64,000 bases of DNA from an uncultured Nitrospinota bacterium (GTDB lineage Bacteria > Tectomicrobia > Entotheonellia > J063 > CAVPRW01), in the NCBI GenBank assembly GCA_963707985.1, contig CAVPRW010000017.1, positions 64,001 through 128,000 on the forward strand, written 5' to 3'. The stretch's first letter is position 1, and each line of letters opens with the position of its first letter. Positions 32,122 through 43,432 of the stretch are shown in pieces. A program made the translations under genes and the position numbers. Below the pieces are notes generated by a model. It did no database searches, had not been told where the DNA came from, and saw only the letters and a program-made list of their open reading frames with translations.

Positions 32122-34019
32122 ATGCACCGCGTGCTGCTGTCGGCTGTGCTGTCCCTGAGTGTCCTGCTCAGCCTCCTGGGGCTAGCGCGCCCCGTGCCTG
32201 CCGCTGAGTTTGCCTGTGCTGCCGGCGATGTGGCCTGCCTGATCAGCGCGATTAATGGCGCCAATGCGAATGGGGCCGTGAATACCATTACCTTACCGGC
32301 GGGCCTCTATCCCCTAACCACCGTGGACAACGACGCCGATGGGCCAACGGGTCTCCCCTCGATCACCAGTACCCTCACGCTCAGAGGCTCGGGGGCGCAG
32401 AGCACCGTCATTGAACGGGCGGCCGGTGCTCCACCGTTCCGCCTCCTGCATGTAGCGGCGCTAGGTGTGCTGACCCTGGACGGACTCACCCTGCGGGGAG
32501 GGGATGCGGCCACTACGAACGCAGGTGGCGGCATCTGGAACCAAGGCACGCTCACTCTCACCCGCAGTACCCTGAGCGACAATGTGGCGAACAATGGCGG
32601 CGGTATCTTCCTCCGCTGGCCCCCTCGACGATCACCAACAGCACGCTGAGTGGCAATGTGGCGAACAGGGGCGGCGGCATCAGGGTCTCTGCTCGGCAGT
32701 AATCCCCCTGACGATCACCGATAGCACGCTGCATGGGAACACGGCGAACGGCGGGCGGCGGTATCACCAGCTTCAGTGGCCGACATGACGATCACCAACA
32801 GCACGCTGAGCGGCAACGCGGCGAACAGTGGCGGCGGCATCGGCCTGGGCCGTAAGCACTCTGACGCTGACCAACAGCACGGTGACGGGGAACACGGCGA
32901 GTCAGGGCGGCGGGATCAGCATACCCGGGTGGGGGGTTTTGGCCCCTGCTGGCCGCGCGACCTTGGGGAACACGATCCTCGCCCAGAACACCGTGCCCCC
33001 GACGGGGACCGGCCCGGATTGTGTCACGAGCAGTGGAGGGCCTAGGGGTCCCGGTCAGGCCACCTCGCAGGGCCATAACCTGATCGGGAATCCCACGGGC
33101 TGCAACATCAGCTGGGCGACGAGCGATCGGACCGGCGACCCGGGCCTGGGCGCCTTCACCGATGACGGCACGCCCGGCCAGGGGTACCTCCCGCTACTCC
33201 CGACCAGTCGGGCGATTGATGCCGGCGATCCGGCGGCGTGTCCGGCAACCGACCAGCTTGGGCAGTCGCGGGTGGGGCCCTGTGACATCGGGGCCATTGA
33301 ATTCCAGCCCCCAGACTTACAAGCCCCGTGGGTGCTTATACCGGGCGGCGGGTTCACCCCGTCCGCTCCGGCGGCCACCAGTTATCAGGATAACCTGGCG
33401 CTCTTCGTGCGGGGCACCGATGACCAGCTGTATGTGAACTGGCTGCTCCCCACCGATCAGTGGACCGGCTGGAGCCTTGTCCCGGGTAGCGGGTTCACCC
33501 CGTCCGCTCCGGCGGCCACCAGTTATCAGGATAACCTGGCGCTCTTCGTGCGGGGCACCGATGACCAGCTGTATGTGAACTGGCTGCTCCCCGACCGATC
33601 AGTGGACCGGCTGGAGCCTTGTCCCGGGTAGCGGGTTCACCCCGTCCGCTCCGGCGGCCACCAGTTATCAGGATAACCTGGCGCTCTTCGTGCGGGGCAC
33701 CGATGACCAGCTGTATGTGAACTGGCTGCTCCCCGACTACCAGTGGACCGGCTGGAGCCTTGTCCCGGGCGGCGGGTTCACCCCGTCCGCTCCGGCCTCT
33801 ACCGTGCTGAATGGCAACCTAGCGCTCTTCGCGCGCGGGGATGACGGTCAGCTCTACGTCAACTGGCTGCTGCCCAACTACCAGTGGGTCGGCTGGGGAC
33901 TTGTGGGTGGGTCGAGCCCATCCACCCCGGCTGGTACCGTCTTCCAGGGCAATCTGGCGCTCTTCGCGCGCGGGGGGGATAGTCACCTCTACGTCAACTT
34001 TTCCCTCACAGGACCGTAA
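32122..34019 (+). CDS. Secreted protein: beta-helix repeats + choice-of-anchor-Q-like motif + lectin-like propeller repeats (frameshifted)
   Basis: Signal peptide, GGGI/NSTLSGN repeats, SRAIDAG..DQLG..CDIGAIE, and W-rich LALFVRGTDDQLY repeats. Confidence 0.75.
33330..33995 (+). repeat. 141-bp tandem repeats (47 aa), ~4.5-5 units
   Basis: GGTTCACCCC recurs at 33351, 33492, 33634 and 33775; the first three units are nearly identical. Confidence 0.92.
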
Positions 34020-34251
34020 CCTCCGAACGTCAATCACTGAGACTGTGTGATGTTCTCATACAGTAGCCGAGATCACCATAGGTATAGGTGCCGTGGTCGG
34101 AGGGACAGGAGTGCCAGCGGTGACACCAGACCGGTGGGCTTCTGTACTGGTGAGACAGGCCATCGGTAGCACCAAGCTCAGCATTAGCCGATGACGAGCT
34201 GTTGGTGACTCATGTCTCAGGACCTCGCGCCATGACAGTGAGTATCAGCCC

Positions 34252-34482
34252 TCACTGCGTCTCGTCCTTCTCGACCACCTCGTAGGCCTCGGCCGCGACG
34301 GTGGCGATACATTCGGTCCGCATGCGCTCCAGGTACGGCCCCACCTGGTCGGGGTGGCGTTGGCCGAGGTGATAGAGCAGCATCGATCCTTCTGGGCGCT
34401 TGGCAATAGGGAGCCAAGCGGGCAGGACGATGCCGCAGGACCGGCAGCGGTACTGGCGGGTAGACAGGGGCTCAGGGGGCAT
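34252..34482 (-). CDS. Small Zn-finger-like protein
   Basis: CRSCG...HLGQRH in a 76 aa ORF. Confidence 0.55.
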   Translation of the reverse strand: MPPEPLSTRQYRCRSCGIVLPAWLPIAKRPEGSMLLYHLGQRHPDQVGPYLERMRTECIATVAAEAYEVVEKDETQ

Positions 34483-34491
34483 TGGGTTTGG

Positions 34492-35056
34492 CTACCGCGT
34501 TTGTCGTAATAACACCAAAAACTTTGTCACCACGCCTTCGGCGTTTTCCCAGCACTCGCTGGCAGCAAAGTGTTGGGCGAGGAGGATACCGTGCGCTTGG
34601 AAGAGACGATCGCGCTCGTGATCCTCGGCCGTGCGCGTCGGGGGATGCGCGAGGTCCCCATCCACTTCGAGAATTCCCCACTTGCCTTCAGCACAGGTGA
34701 GGAAGTCGGCTTCACGGTTCTGTCGCTCTCTCAGCCCCAGCCGCGCGAGGCAGTTGGGCAGAAATAGCACTTTGCGCCGGTCCAACTCCTGGGCGATGCG
34801 GATTTCGGTCTGCGAGCGGAAGCGGAGATTATTCCAGGTAAGCACGTGGGTTTTATGGGAAAACTGGAGCCCTTGATTCGTGACCCACTCTCCACGGAGC
34901 GCGGCGAGCAATTCCTGTCGCCACTGCGCCGTCACCTGGACTAAGTTAGCTTTGACGATAAATTGAACGTCATCATCGATGAGTGCGTGAAAGGCTCTTC
35001 TGATGGAGGTACAGATGCTAACCTCTTCAATAAGCTCATCTGGGACTTCGGAATCC
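34492..35056 (-). pseudogene. PD-(D/E)XK / DUF559-like endonuclease, 5'-truncated by IS
   Basis: FRSQTE, READF, LEVDG and DHERD; the frame stays open upstream to the IS end at 35057. Confidence 0.65.
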
Positions 35057-36417
35057 CTGACTCTATCGGATTTCGTGGTTCATCATCTTCGTCCTCCCAT
35101 GGAGGAGGCGATGAGCAGGTTGTGGAGCCAGTGGGGGTGAGTACTCGAAGCCGTTAAGGTCGTGGAACGGCGAGCGACGCGTCCGATCGTCGCGGCGACA
35201 GCGAGCCCCGTACGGATGGAAGTTCCACGGCACGGCCATGGCACGCACGGCGAGGCGGGCGGCATCGGGCGTGCCGTGCAGTCGCGCATCGCGAGAGGCG
35301 CCGGTCCTGATGGTTCAGGAGCCGATCGAGGGCGTTGGAGGTCCGAGGCGCACCAGGGAAGCGGTACGCGTGCACGAACTGTGGGCCCTGGCGGCAGAGC
35401 TTGAGGACCATGTGCCGGACGCGCCCTCTCGGACAGGCGCGTCGTCGCCCACTCGCGCAGACGGCGCAGCCGCTGGGAGCACTGGGCCCTTGTGCAGGCG
35501 TCATCGACCTCCCAGACCCGGTCCAGGACGAGCGTGCGCAGCGCAAGGTCGCGCCCACCGCGCTCGGCGACGTTGCGGACCGAGTGCAGGAAACACAGGA
35601 TGCTGCAGACGGCCGGAAAGAGGCTCCTCCAGGCGCTCTGCGTGCCGTCCCAGCCGTCAGTGCACACCGTCTGAGGGCGGTCGGCAGGCGCAAAGCGTGC
35701 GGGCCTCCTGGGCACACGCTCCGGACGCGGCCTCCAGAGCTTCGGCCGAGGCCGCTTCGGCCACGGCGGCACCGAGGAGGCCGCCGCCGTCCCACCGTGG
35801 TCGGCACCTAGACCTCGTGTGCCCGAGCGCCCAGGTGTGCTTCTCGTCGGCGAGCAGGTGCTCGGGCAGCTTCTCGGGCTGCTTGACGGTGCTGCCGACG
35901 ATGGAGGGCCGTCCCAAGGCGACCTCGGCTCGAGACCAGACCATCGGGCCGCGTCCGCACACGTCGCAGCGCGCGGCGCAGGGCACGCCCCAGTGGCGCA
36001 GGTCGAGGGCCTTCTCCCCCTCGTCGGTACGGGCGACCATGGAAGGCAGCAGGCACGAGGGTCGTCTCTGCAAGAGCTGCCCCGTGGCCGTGAGCTCGAT
36101 GCGGCGCGTCCCGAGCGGCTGCTTGATCGACCAACGCTGGTCGTGGAACCTGAAGCCCTCGGCGAAGCGCTCGGGCAACAGTGCCGGAGGCTCCCTGTGC
36201 CGCGCTCCCAGATGCTGGCGCACGCACTCCGGCTCGGCGACACAGGCCGTAGAGTGGTCTTCGCTTGCGAAGGGCACGCAGATACTTTTTCCCGGGAGGG
36301 TTCCATCACTTCCTCCCCACGCTGCGGTTTCGACACCCCCACAGGATGGGGTCAGCGGTGGAATCATCCTCTTGTTTGCAAAGGCTCTTCACCAACCACG
36401 AAATCCGCTGGAGTCAG
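35057..36417 (-). mobile_element. IS element copy 1 (DDE transposase, family uncertain), degenerate
   Basis: 24-bp IRs CTGACTCTATCGGATTTCGTGGTT / AACCACGAAATCCGCTGGAGTCAG; ADEKH, TDGW, CFLH; second copy at 61724..63080. Confidence 0.88.
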
Positions 36418-37404
36418 CATCGTCTGAGGCAAGAACACACACGTCTTCGGATGGCGCGCGAGATGTTGCAGAAGGCCGCCCTTGTTTTCGCCACAGAGGC
36501 GAGTTGAGGTACGCGTGTATCGCCGCAGTGCAAACGACCTGGCCGGTGGCCTTGTGGTGCGAGGTCATGCCGGTGAGTCGCCGTGGGTTTTATGCCGACG
36601 AGCCTCGCCAAGCGCACCGGACTATTGCTCGTGTCAAGTTGGAGCTGTTGCGCAGGGTCAAAGCCATGGCCTCGGATACGCGTCAGAGTGTATGGCCGCC
36701 GTCGCCTGGCCAAGCCACTCCAAGATGAGGGGTGTTCAGTGGGTCGAGCCAAGGCTCGCCGCTTGATGACAGAGGCGGGCGTGTCGGTGCGACGCCCCAG
36801 GGCTCCCAGTCCTGTGACCACCGACAGCCGGCATGGGTCTGGGGTAGCCGACCACGTGTTGGGCCGTCAGTGTGATGTGGCCAGGCCTGATCAAGCCTGG
36901 GCGGGTGACATCACAGATATATGGACAGCTGAGGGCTGGTTATATCTGTCGGTACTGTTGGATTTATATGCACGCAAAGTAGTGGGCTGGGCCATGAGCA
37001 GTCATATCGATACGGATTTGGTACAGAATGCGTTCGAGATGGCACTGGGACGTCGCATGCCCTCCGCCGGTCTGTGGCACCATTCGGACCGAGGGAGTCA
37101 ATAGGCCAGTCATGCGTATCGAAACCTGCTGGCGGACCATGGGATCACCTGCAGTATGAGTGGCAAGGGGGACTGTCTTGACCATGCCGTGGCCGAGCGG
37201 TGTTTCGGTAGCTTAAAGCGCGAATGGACGTCGCACGGTGATGACGCCACACGTCAAGACGCCAAAGGCGATATCATCGCTGACATCGAGATGTTCTATA
37301 ACAGTAGGCGGAAGCATTCGTATCTCGGGTATGTCAGTCCGAATGACTACGAAAGATTTTCTCTGGTAGCTTAACTTTGTGTCCGTTTTTCCTTGACCAG
37401 AACA
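36418..37404 (+). mobile_element. IS3-family element, 5'-truncated and degenerate
   Basis: OrfA tail (RLRMAREMLQKAALVFA); OrfB WAGDIT, HHSDRGSQ*, AVAERCFGSLKRE; ends ...CCAGAACA. Confidence 0.88.
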
Positions 37405-38004
37405 AGAGAGCCTTCCCTAAGCCCAGGTTTGGGCTCAAGCGAAGGGTTCAACCTGGAGCTTGGTTGGGAAGGGAAAACTCTTGCGTTGTGCCATTACTGG
37501 GCGGCGCAAAAAATACAGCAGCTGCATGTGTCTTCTTCTTTCACACAAGGGTTTACATCCATTGATTTGACCTTCCTAAGAAACGCTGCCGAGACTAAAG
37601 ACTGTCGTGAGTTTGCGCGCATAGTAAGGACGGTTAACTGGAGTCATTATCCGCCGGCAGAGCTTACGCATGCCATCGACTTGGCACTGGCATTGGACAT
37701 GGTGCAGCTGGCGAAGGAACTTGCTCAGGAAGGGCGCAAGCTATTTCCCCGCAATGAACGAATTCAACGAGCCGCAGATTCCTTATTGCCATCATTCTTT
37801 ATGCGGACCCGTCCTAGTGAAATAACGGATGTCGAGAGTTCCCAGCACTGGCTAGAGCACCATGCTTCTCACTATCGAGGACAATGGGTGGCTGTGCGTG
37901 CTGGGATACTCGTAGGAGCAGCTCCGACAGTCGAGGCGTTATACCAGCAGATTGGGCCACAGGGGAGAACACCCAATACGATCGTCGTGAAGGTGTTATC
38001 ATAA
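37405..38004 (+). CDS. Protein with C-terminal DUF5678-like domain (N-terminus possibly cut by IS3)
   Basis: WLEHHASHYRGQWVAV..GILVG motif. Confidence 0.6.
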   Translation, partial: REPSLSPGLGSSEGFNLELGWEGKTLALCHYWAAQKIQQLHVSSSFTQGFTSIDLTFLRNAAETKDCREFARIVRTVNWSHYPPAELTHAIDLALALDMVQLAKELAQEGRKLFPRNERIQRAADSLLPSFFMRTRPSEITDVESSQHWLEHHASHYRGQWVAVRAGILVGAAPTVEALYQQIGPQGRTPNTIVVKVLS

Positions 38005-38489
38005 TGGCTCGGGCGGACGCCTTTCGATTTCATTCCTCACTGCTGAACAATGGGTTTGGAGTTGGGGCAACACGCTATGCGGACCATTATCCCGGCGAGG
38101 AAGGTACTGCGCGCATTGTCATCCGAGCCATCCCCGAGGGTGGTGATACGATACCAATGATCGTCGACACAGGTGCCCCCTGGTGTGTCATAGACCCAGA
38201 GCTTGCAGATATTTGGGGGCTAGTATCTGGGGAGGCCTATCGACCGGATGTAAGGCTCCATATCCGAGGTGACTCTTACCGTGGGAGCTTGGTTCTGGTC
38301 CATATAGAACTGCAGGCGGATGTCGGTCAAAATTTGGCTGTTCCTGCTACAGTCTTTATTCCAGAGCTTGAGCCGGGACAGGTTTGGAACATGCCAAATT
38401 TCATCGGACTCACTGGGTTGTTAGAGCGTGTGAGGTTTGCTGTAGATGCCCCAGAGAACGCCTTCTATTTTGGCCCTGCGGATGTCTAG
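38004..38489 (+). CDS. Retropepsin-like (clan AA) aspartic protease
   Basis: MIVDTGAPW active site and NFIGLTGLL flap motif; TAATG overlap with the upstream gene. Confidence 0.75.
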   Translation: MARADAFRFHSSLLNNGFGVGATRYADHYPGEEGTARIVIRAIPEGGDTIPMIVDTGAPWCVIDPELADIWGLVSGEAYRPDVRLHIRGDSYRGSLVLVHIELQADVGQNLAVPATVFIPELEPGQVWNMPNFIGLTGLLERVRFAVDAPENAFYFGPADV

Positions 38490-38501
38490 ACGGCTGATTC
38501 C

Positions 38502-38570
38502 GGTAGTGTGTCACTTTGCCTCTGAACTCATTGCTATATTTGGAAAAAAAATTCAAACTGAGACACTACC
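38502..38570. mobile_element. 69-bp MITE
   Basis: 17-bp IRs GGTAGTGTGTCACTTTG / CAAACTGAGACACTACC (2 mismatches) flanked by an 8-bp direct repeat CTGATTCC. Confidence 0.85.
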
Positions 38571-38595
38571 CTGATTCCCGATGGTTTGACTCCAA

Positions 38596-38625
38596 CAGGC
38601 CCCCCGTGAATTTCCGGGGGGCCTG
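38596..38625 (-). terminator. Stem-loop downstream of the ABC substrate-binding gene
   Basis: CAGGCCCCCCG / CGGGGGGCCTG 11-bp stem with 8-nt loop between convergent genes. Confidence 0.55.
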
Positions 38626-38654
38626 GAAGGTTCCGGCGCGTGCCATCAACTTGC

Positions 38655-40220
38655 TCAGGGCTGCTTCAGACGCACCTCTTCATAGGGCGCGGCCCAGGGG
38701 TAGGGCTTGATCAACCACAGCCCCGACTCCTGCACCCGTGGCCCGATGCCACTCGGCCACACGAAGACGAAGATGGGGGCAAACATGGCGCGTTCGTGGA
38801 TCAGTTGCTGGATCTGGTGCAGGATGGCCTCGCGCTTGCTGCGGTCGACCTCCACGTCCTGTTGCCAGAACAGCTCGTCGATGTCGGGATAGCCTCCCCA
38901 GGCGAGCGTTCCCGTGCTCACTACCGATTCTTCGATGCGTGTGGCAGCATTGCCATAGCGACTGCCGCCAAGGATCGCTAGCCCACGCAGTTGCTTGGCG
39001 TTCTGCGCCGCCTGAAACGCTGCCCGCTCCATCATGCGGAGCTTGGTCCGAATGCCTACCGCGGCCAAATAATTGGCCACCATCTCTCCACGCGTGAAAA
39101 AGGGCGGACCTGGGGTCAAGTCTCCCGCATCGAAGCCGTTAGGATAGCCCGCCTCGGCCAACAGCTGTTTCGCCTTGACCGGATCGTAGGGAGAGGGTTC
39201 GATGGGGAGCGCGAACTCGAATTCACGCGGGATGATGCTGCCCGTGGGGATGGAAGCCCCCAGTGTCTCCGCTTCGCTAATGGCCTGGCCATCGATAGCG
39301 TAGTTCGCTGCCAGTCGTACCCGTCGGTCGTACCATGGGGACTTGGGGTCCCACTGGCCCTCGAGGAAATTCAGCGCGGCATTGCCGATCCCCCCGGAGA
39401 ACGCCAAGCGGAGCTTTGGATCCCGCTTCACCTCCTCGCCATGGGCGGCGTCCAGGTAGTAGGCGACATCGACCTCTCCCTTTTTGAGCATCGCCATCCG
39501 CGTGGTGGCGTCCACCACGCTTTTAAGGGTGAGGCGCTTGACGTGGGGCATCTTGCGCCAATACCCTTCATAGGCTTCTACAACGAGCTCGACGCCGGGC
39601 GTGTGGCTGACAAACTTATAGGGCCCCAGGCCGATCGGGTGCTTCCTGAAACCGTCGTCCCCCACCTGCTCGAAGTAGCGTTTCGGGACGATCCACCCCG
39701 CCGCCGTGGCCATCGTTCCATAAAAAGTCATAAAATCCGGCCATGGTTGGTGCAGATGGAAACGCACCCTGTGAGGATCGACGATCTCCACCTCCCGGAC
39801 GCGCTCGTGGAGGATCTTGGATTTGTAGCGCAGGAAGCTGAATTTCACATCCTCAGCAGTGAATGGGTCGCCGTTATGAAACTTCAAGCCCTCACGTAGT
39901 TTGAATTCATAGACTAGATGATCGGCGCTCTCCGTCCACGACTCTGCCAGGCTGGGCACCATCAAGTTGTCGGGCATCGGTCTGACGAGCGCATCATGCA
40001 ATGCATAGCAGAACCAGAAAGGCGTGAGACCGACCATGGCCACCTCTGCCGGATCGAACCAGGCGGGGGAAATGGTCACGTACACGGCATAGCTCATCTC
40101 CCCTTCCGGCTTGTAGGTGGGCGCTCCCGCCCCTAGGACTCCTGTCAGCAAGAGGCCAACTATACCCATGACAGCCAACAAGGTCCACCAACGACGACGT
40201 ATGCGAGTTTTCACCTGCAT
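38655..40220 (-). CDS. ABC transporter substrate-binding protein, family 5 (DppA/OppA-like)
   Basis: Signal peptide, PSLAESW, LREGLKFHNGDPFTAEDVKFS, PIGLGPYKF, VRLAANYAID. Confidence 0.93.
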   Translation of the reverse strand: MQVKTRIRRRWWTLLAVMGIVGLLLTGVLGAGAPTYKPEGEMSYAVYVTISPAWFDPAEVAMVGLTPFWFCYALHDALVRPMPDNLMVPSLAESWTESADHLVYEFKLREGLKFHNGDPFTAEDVKFSFLRYKSKILHERVREVEIVDPHRVRFHLHQPWPDFMTFYGTMATAAGWIVPKRYFEQVGDDGFRKHPIGLGPYKFVSHTPGVELVVEAYEGYWRKMPHVKRLTLKSVVDATTRMAMLKKGEVDVAYYLDAAHGEEVKRDPKLRLAFSGGIGNAALNFLEGQWDPKSPWYDRRVRLAANYAIDGQAISEAETLGASIPTGSIIPREFEFALPIEPSPYDPVKAKQLLAEAGYPNGFDAGDLTPGPPFFTRGEMVANYLAAVGIRTKLRMMERAAFQAAQNAKQLRGLAILGGSRYGNAATRIEESVVSTGTLAWGGYPDIDELFWQQDVEVDRSKREAILHQIQQLIHERAMFAPIFVFVWPSGIGPRVQESGLWLIKPYPWAAPYEEVRLKQP

Positions 40221-40632
40221 TGTGTTCCCCCCCTTCTCTGGCTGTTTCAGGGCGGTGGAGAGTCCCTCGCTAGCAACTTGCTGCCTCTCATCCCTGCTTT
40301 AGGCGCACATCTTTCAACGGTGCAGACCAGGGATAGGGGTTGATCAACCTCAGTGCCGGCTCCTCCACGCGCAGCCCGATGCCGCTGGGCCAATGGAAAA
40401 ATGAGGCGGGATCTGGTGCGGTTCTTCAGGGCAGACCAACTACTTCGCCAGCAGCGAACCACGAGGGAGACAGGGCGACATACAACGCCCAGCGCATCTC
40501 ACCTTCCGGTTTGTAAAGGGATGCCGCCGCGGCATAGAGGGCGGTCTCCCTACAGGCACACCACTACAGCAATGCTAGGCCTATCAACCCGAGCACCCTG
40601 CTCCCTCGGACTCGCATCTATGTGCTTTCCTC

Positions 40633-41139
40633 TCAGCCCACCGGCTGCTGCGCCCCCCGAGAGGGTCCCAGACTCGTCTCGAACGACTGGGCGAAATCCA
40701 GTAACTCCTCATTGGGTTGGTCCAAATCGATGGGTGCACCCAGTGGCTGGCGCACGTTGTATGGAGTGGTGTAATACAGCTCGACACGATTGTCTTCCGG
40801 GTCGTAGAAATAGACGCTGCAAGCAATTCCGTGCGTCACTGTGCGGTCAATCCGCATGCCCTCTTGCTGCAGCCGATGGTAGAAGCCGCGCACATCATCC
40901 AGGCTCTTGACCTTAAAGGAAACCTGCTGCACATTGGTCGTCTTCTGCGAAGGGTCTTTCGCCCGTGCCAGGGCTAGCTCATGGTGCTCGGCCTGAGGGT
41001 CGGCACTGAGGAAGACAATCCCCCGCTCCATGTCCTCGTCGGTGATGGTGAGACCCATCACTTCTGAATAAAAGCGCCGCATCTTCATCAGATCGTTGCA
41101 AAACAGTCCCACGTGGCCCAAACGGCTAATTTGTGGCAT
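40633..41139 (-). CDS. VOC/glyoxalase family protein
   Basis: LGHVGL, HHELAL, SVYFYDPEDNRVEL. Confidence 0.88.
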   Translation of the reverse strand: MPQISRLGHVGLFCNDLMKMRRFYSEVMGLTITDEDMERGIVFLSADPQAEHHELALARAKDPSQKTTNVQQVSFKVKSLDDVRGFYHRLQQEGMRIDRTVTHGIACSVYFYDPEDNRVELYYTTPYNVRQPLGAPIDLDQPNEELLDFAQSFETSLGPSRGAQQPVG

Positions 41140-41578
41140 CCTGGACTCCTCCCGTCAACACGATGTTCGCATCACAAAGGGTGGTCGAACCACGGTGGTG
41201 CTCTCGGCGGTGTCCCCAGGAGTGGTCGACCGTGACTCCAGATCGGCACGTATGACCGTGCCAAGACTGGTGTCTCAATACGACAGATGTCGAGCCATGT
41301 CAAGCGAAATTCACCGCCGTATCGCCACGCATGACGCCTGGGGCGCATACGTCGGAGATCTGCGCGAGTCCGACCGACACAGCACGCTATCGACGGCAGA
41401 TGAGACCTTCAGCTCAGCGTTGGAGCATGGACTTACTGATGAATGCGCCAGTAGTATTTCTGGTGGACATCGTGGGCAAGTCTTGCTACTCTGCTGCCGC
41501 GCATAAAACTAAAGATTCGGTAGGCGCCTGGCGGGCGCACGACACCGCAGCTGTACACTGCAGATAGCGAGGTGATAG

Positions 41579-42526
41579 ATGGTAACATTAGGCACTGGAT
41601 CGTTCACCTACGAGGTGGTCGAGAACTGGGCGAAGCTGCCCGATGGCTGGTCATTCAAGGAAGTGGGCGGGGTCGGAGTCGATGCCCAGGACAACGTCTA
41701 CGTGTTCAATCGCGGCGTGCACCCCGTGATGATTTTCGATCGCCAGGGAAACTTCCGACGCTCATGGGGCGAGGGCATTTTTCCGCGGGCGCACGGCATC
41801 ACCATGTGCCCCGACGACACGATGTTCCTCAGCGATGACGGCGACCACACCGTCCGCAAATGCACCCTCGACGGCAAGGTGCTGTTGACGCTCGGTACGA
41901 GTGGCAAACCGGCTCCCTTCATGAGCGGAGACCCGTTTAACCGCTGTACGCACGTGGCCATCGATCCCCGCAATGGGGATTTCTACGTGTCCGATGGCTA
42001 CGGCAACGCCCGTGTACATAAGTATACCCCCGAGGGCAAGCTCCTGTTCTCCTGGGGCGAGTCGGGCACGGATCCGGGTGAGTTTAACATCTCGCACAAC
42101 ATCGCCACGGATAAGGACGGCTGGGTCTATGTCGCCGACCGGGAAAACCACCGCGTGCAGGTGTTCGACTCCAACGGCAAGTTTGAGACGCAGTGGGTCA
42201 ATATGGCCCGCCCGTGTGGCCTGTATCTCGATCAGGCCTCGGAGTTCGCCTATATCGGCGAGCTCGGCGCCGCCATCGGCGCCAATGCCGAGGGGCGTAA
42301 ACTCGGCCCCCGCGTCAGTATCTACAATACCCGAGGCCAGTTGATGGCACGCTTAGGCGGTGAGGGGGAAGGTGAAATCCCGGGGCGATTCATTGCGCCG
42401 CATGGCGTGTGCATCGATTCCCATGGTGATATCTACGTCGGCGAAGTCTCCTGGACGCACACGGGGAGCAGGCTGAATCCGCCACGGGAAATACGCTCGC
42501 TACAGAAGCTGGCCCGCCAGGGGTAG
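41579..42526 (+). CDS. NHL-repeat protein (peptidyl-alpha-hydroxyglycine lyase-like)
   Basis: YVSDGYGNARV, VYVADRENHRVQVF, PHGVCIDSHGDIYV. Confidence 0.88.
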   Translation: MVTLGTGSFTYEVVENWAKLPDGWSFKEVGGVGVDAQDNVYVFNRGVHPVMIFDRQGNFRRSWGEGIFPRAHGITMCPDDTMFLSDDGDHTVRKCTLDGKVLLTLGTSGKPAPFMSGDPFNRCTHVAIDPRNGDFYVSDGYGNARVHKYTPEGKLLFSWGESGTDPGEFNISHNIATDKDGWVYVADRENHRVQVFDSNGKFETQWVNMARPCGLYLDQASEFAYIGELGAAIGANAEGRKLGPRVSIYNTRGQLMARLGGEGEGEIPGRFIAPHGVCIDSHGDIYVGEVSWTHTGSRLNPPREIRSLQKLARQG

Positions 42527-42633
42527 CTCAAGTCGCTGACACGACCACGATGCTTTCCTATGTGCTGCATCGGCGTCCACATGGCGGCGGCGTTGCCGGC
42601 AGTGCGAAGGTAGTCTCGGGGGAAGGAGATCCT

Positions 42634-42975
42634 ATGTACGCCATTTTCGTGACCATCAAAATCAAGCCGGGGTTTGCGGATAGGTTCAAGGAAGCGAGTC
42701 TTGGCGACGGCCAGGGCTCGGTGCGTGATGAACCTGGCTGCCTGCGCTTCGACCTGCACCAGAGTCTGTCGGATGCCAATACCTTCCATTTGTACGAGGT
42801 GTACGAGAATCAGGACGCTCATCTGAATGCCCACCGCAGTGCCCCACACTATCTCAAGTGGCGCGAGACGGTGCAGGAGTGGTTCGATGGCGAGCCGCAG
42901 CGCTTCGCGATGACGACCGTGTTTCCCTCAGATGACGGCTGGAGGAAGCAGAAGCCACATCTGCTGAACTGGTAG
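42634..42975 (+). CDS. Antibiotic-biosynthesis-monooxygenase (LsrG-like) protein
   Basis: EPGCLRFD..FHLYEVY..AHRSAPHY; AAGGAG RBS. Confidence 0.88.
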   Translation: MYAIFVTIKIKPGFADRFKEASLGDGQGSVRDEPGCLRFDLHQSLSDANTFHLYEVYENQDAHLNAHRSAPHYLKWRETVQEWFDGEPQRFAMTTVFPSDDGWRKQKPHLLNW

Positions 42976-43432
42976 ACGCCATCTCTGCCACGGTCAGCCC
43001 CGAGGGGGGCGTTGCCTGGCTCGGGAGGGGCATGGCAACGGGATAGGGGCGATACGGCCGTCGCCCCTTCTGCAGATACCTCGGTGGCCGTCAGCCTCGC
43101 AGCACCAATCCACCAGGGTGATGGTAGGATCGTGGCATTCGGCCACGGTTACAGACCGCCGGATATCCCTACTATGCCCCCGACAGCGCCTTCTGGAGCT
43201 ATATGGGCTGCGGGTAGAGTCCTCCATAATTATCAGGTTTCGTGCACTTTTTCCCCGCATATCGAAGCGCCAGTCAGTCTTTGACTCTTCTTCTGACCTT
43301 GCTTGACCATACGTTAAATTGATGCAGACAGCTAGACCATGTTCGCTCTGAACGTTGATAACCAATAATTATTGACCACGAATGCCTGTGCTGTTTTATC
43401 TGGACTGACTAGGTGACCCTCATCATATCGGG

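Noticed and set aside
33330..33995. Direct repeats as a CRISPR array
   Set aside because: 141-bp contiguous coding repeats with no unique spacers and no cas genes
35238..36728. Long alternative-frame and antisense ORFs over the IS copies (also 61699..63183)
   Set aside because: Stop-poor GC-rich shadow frames of transposases with no motifs
38571..38625. GGTTTGACTCC as a tRNA T-arm or attachment site
   Set aside because: No cloverleaf or CCA end; explained by the MITE TSD and a terminator-like hairpin
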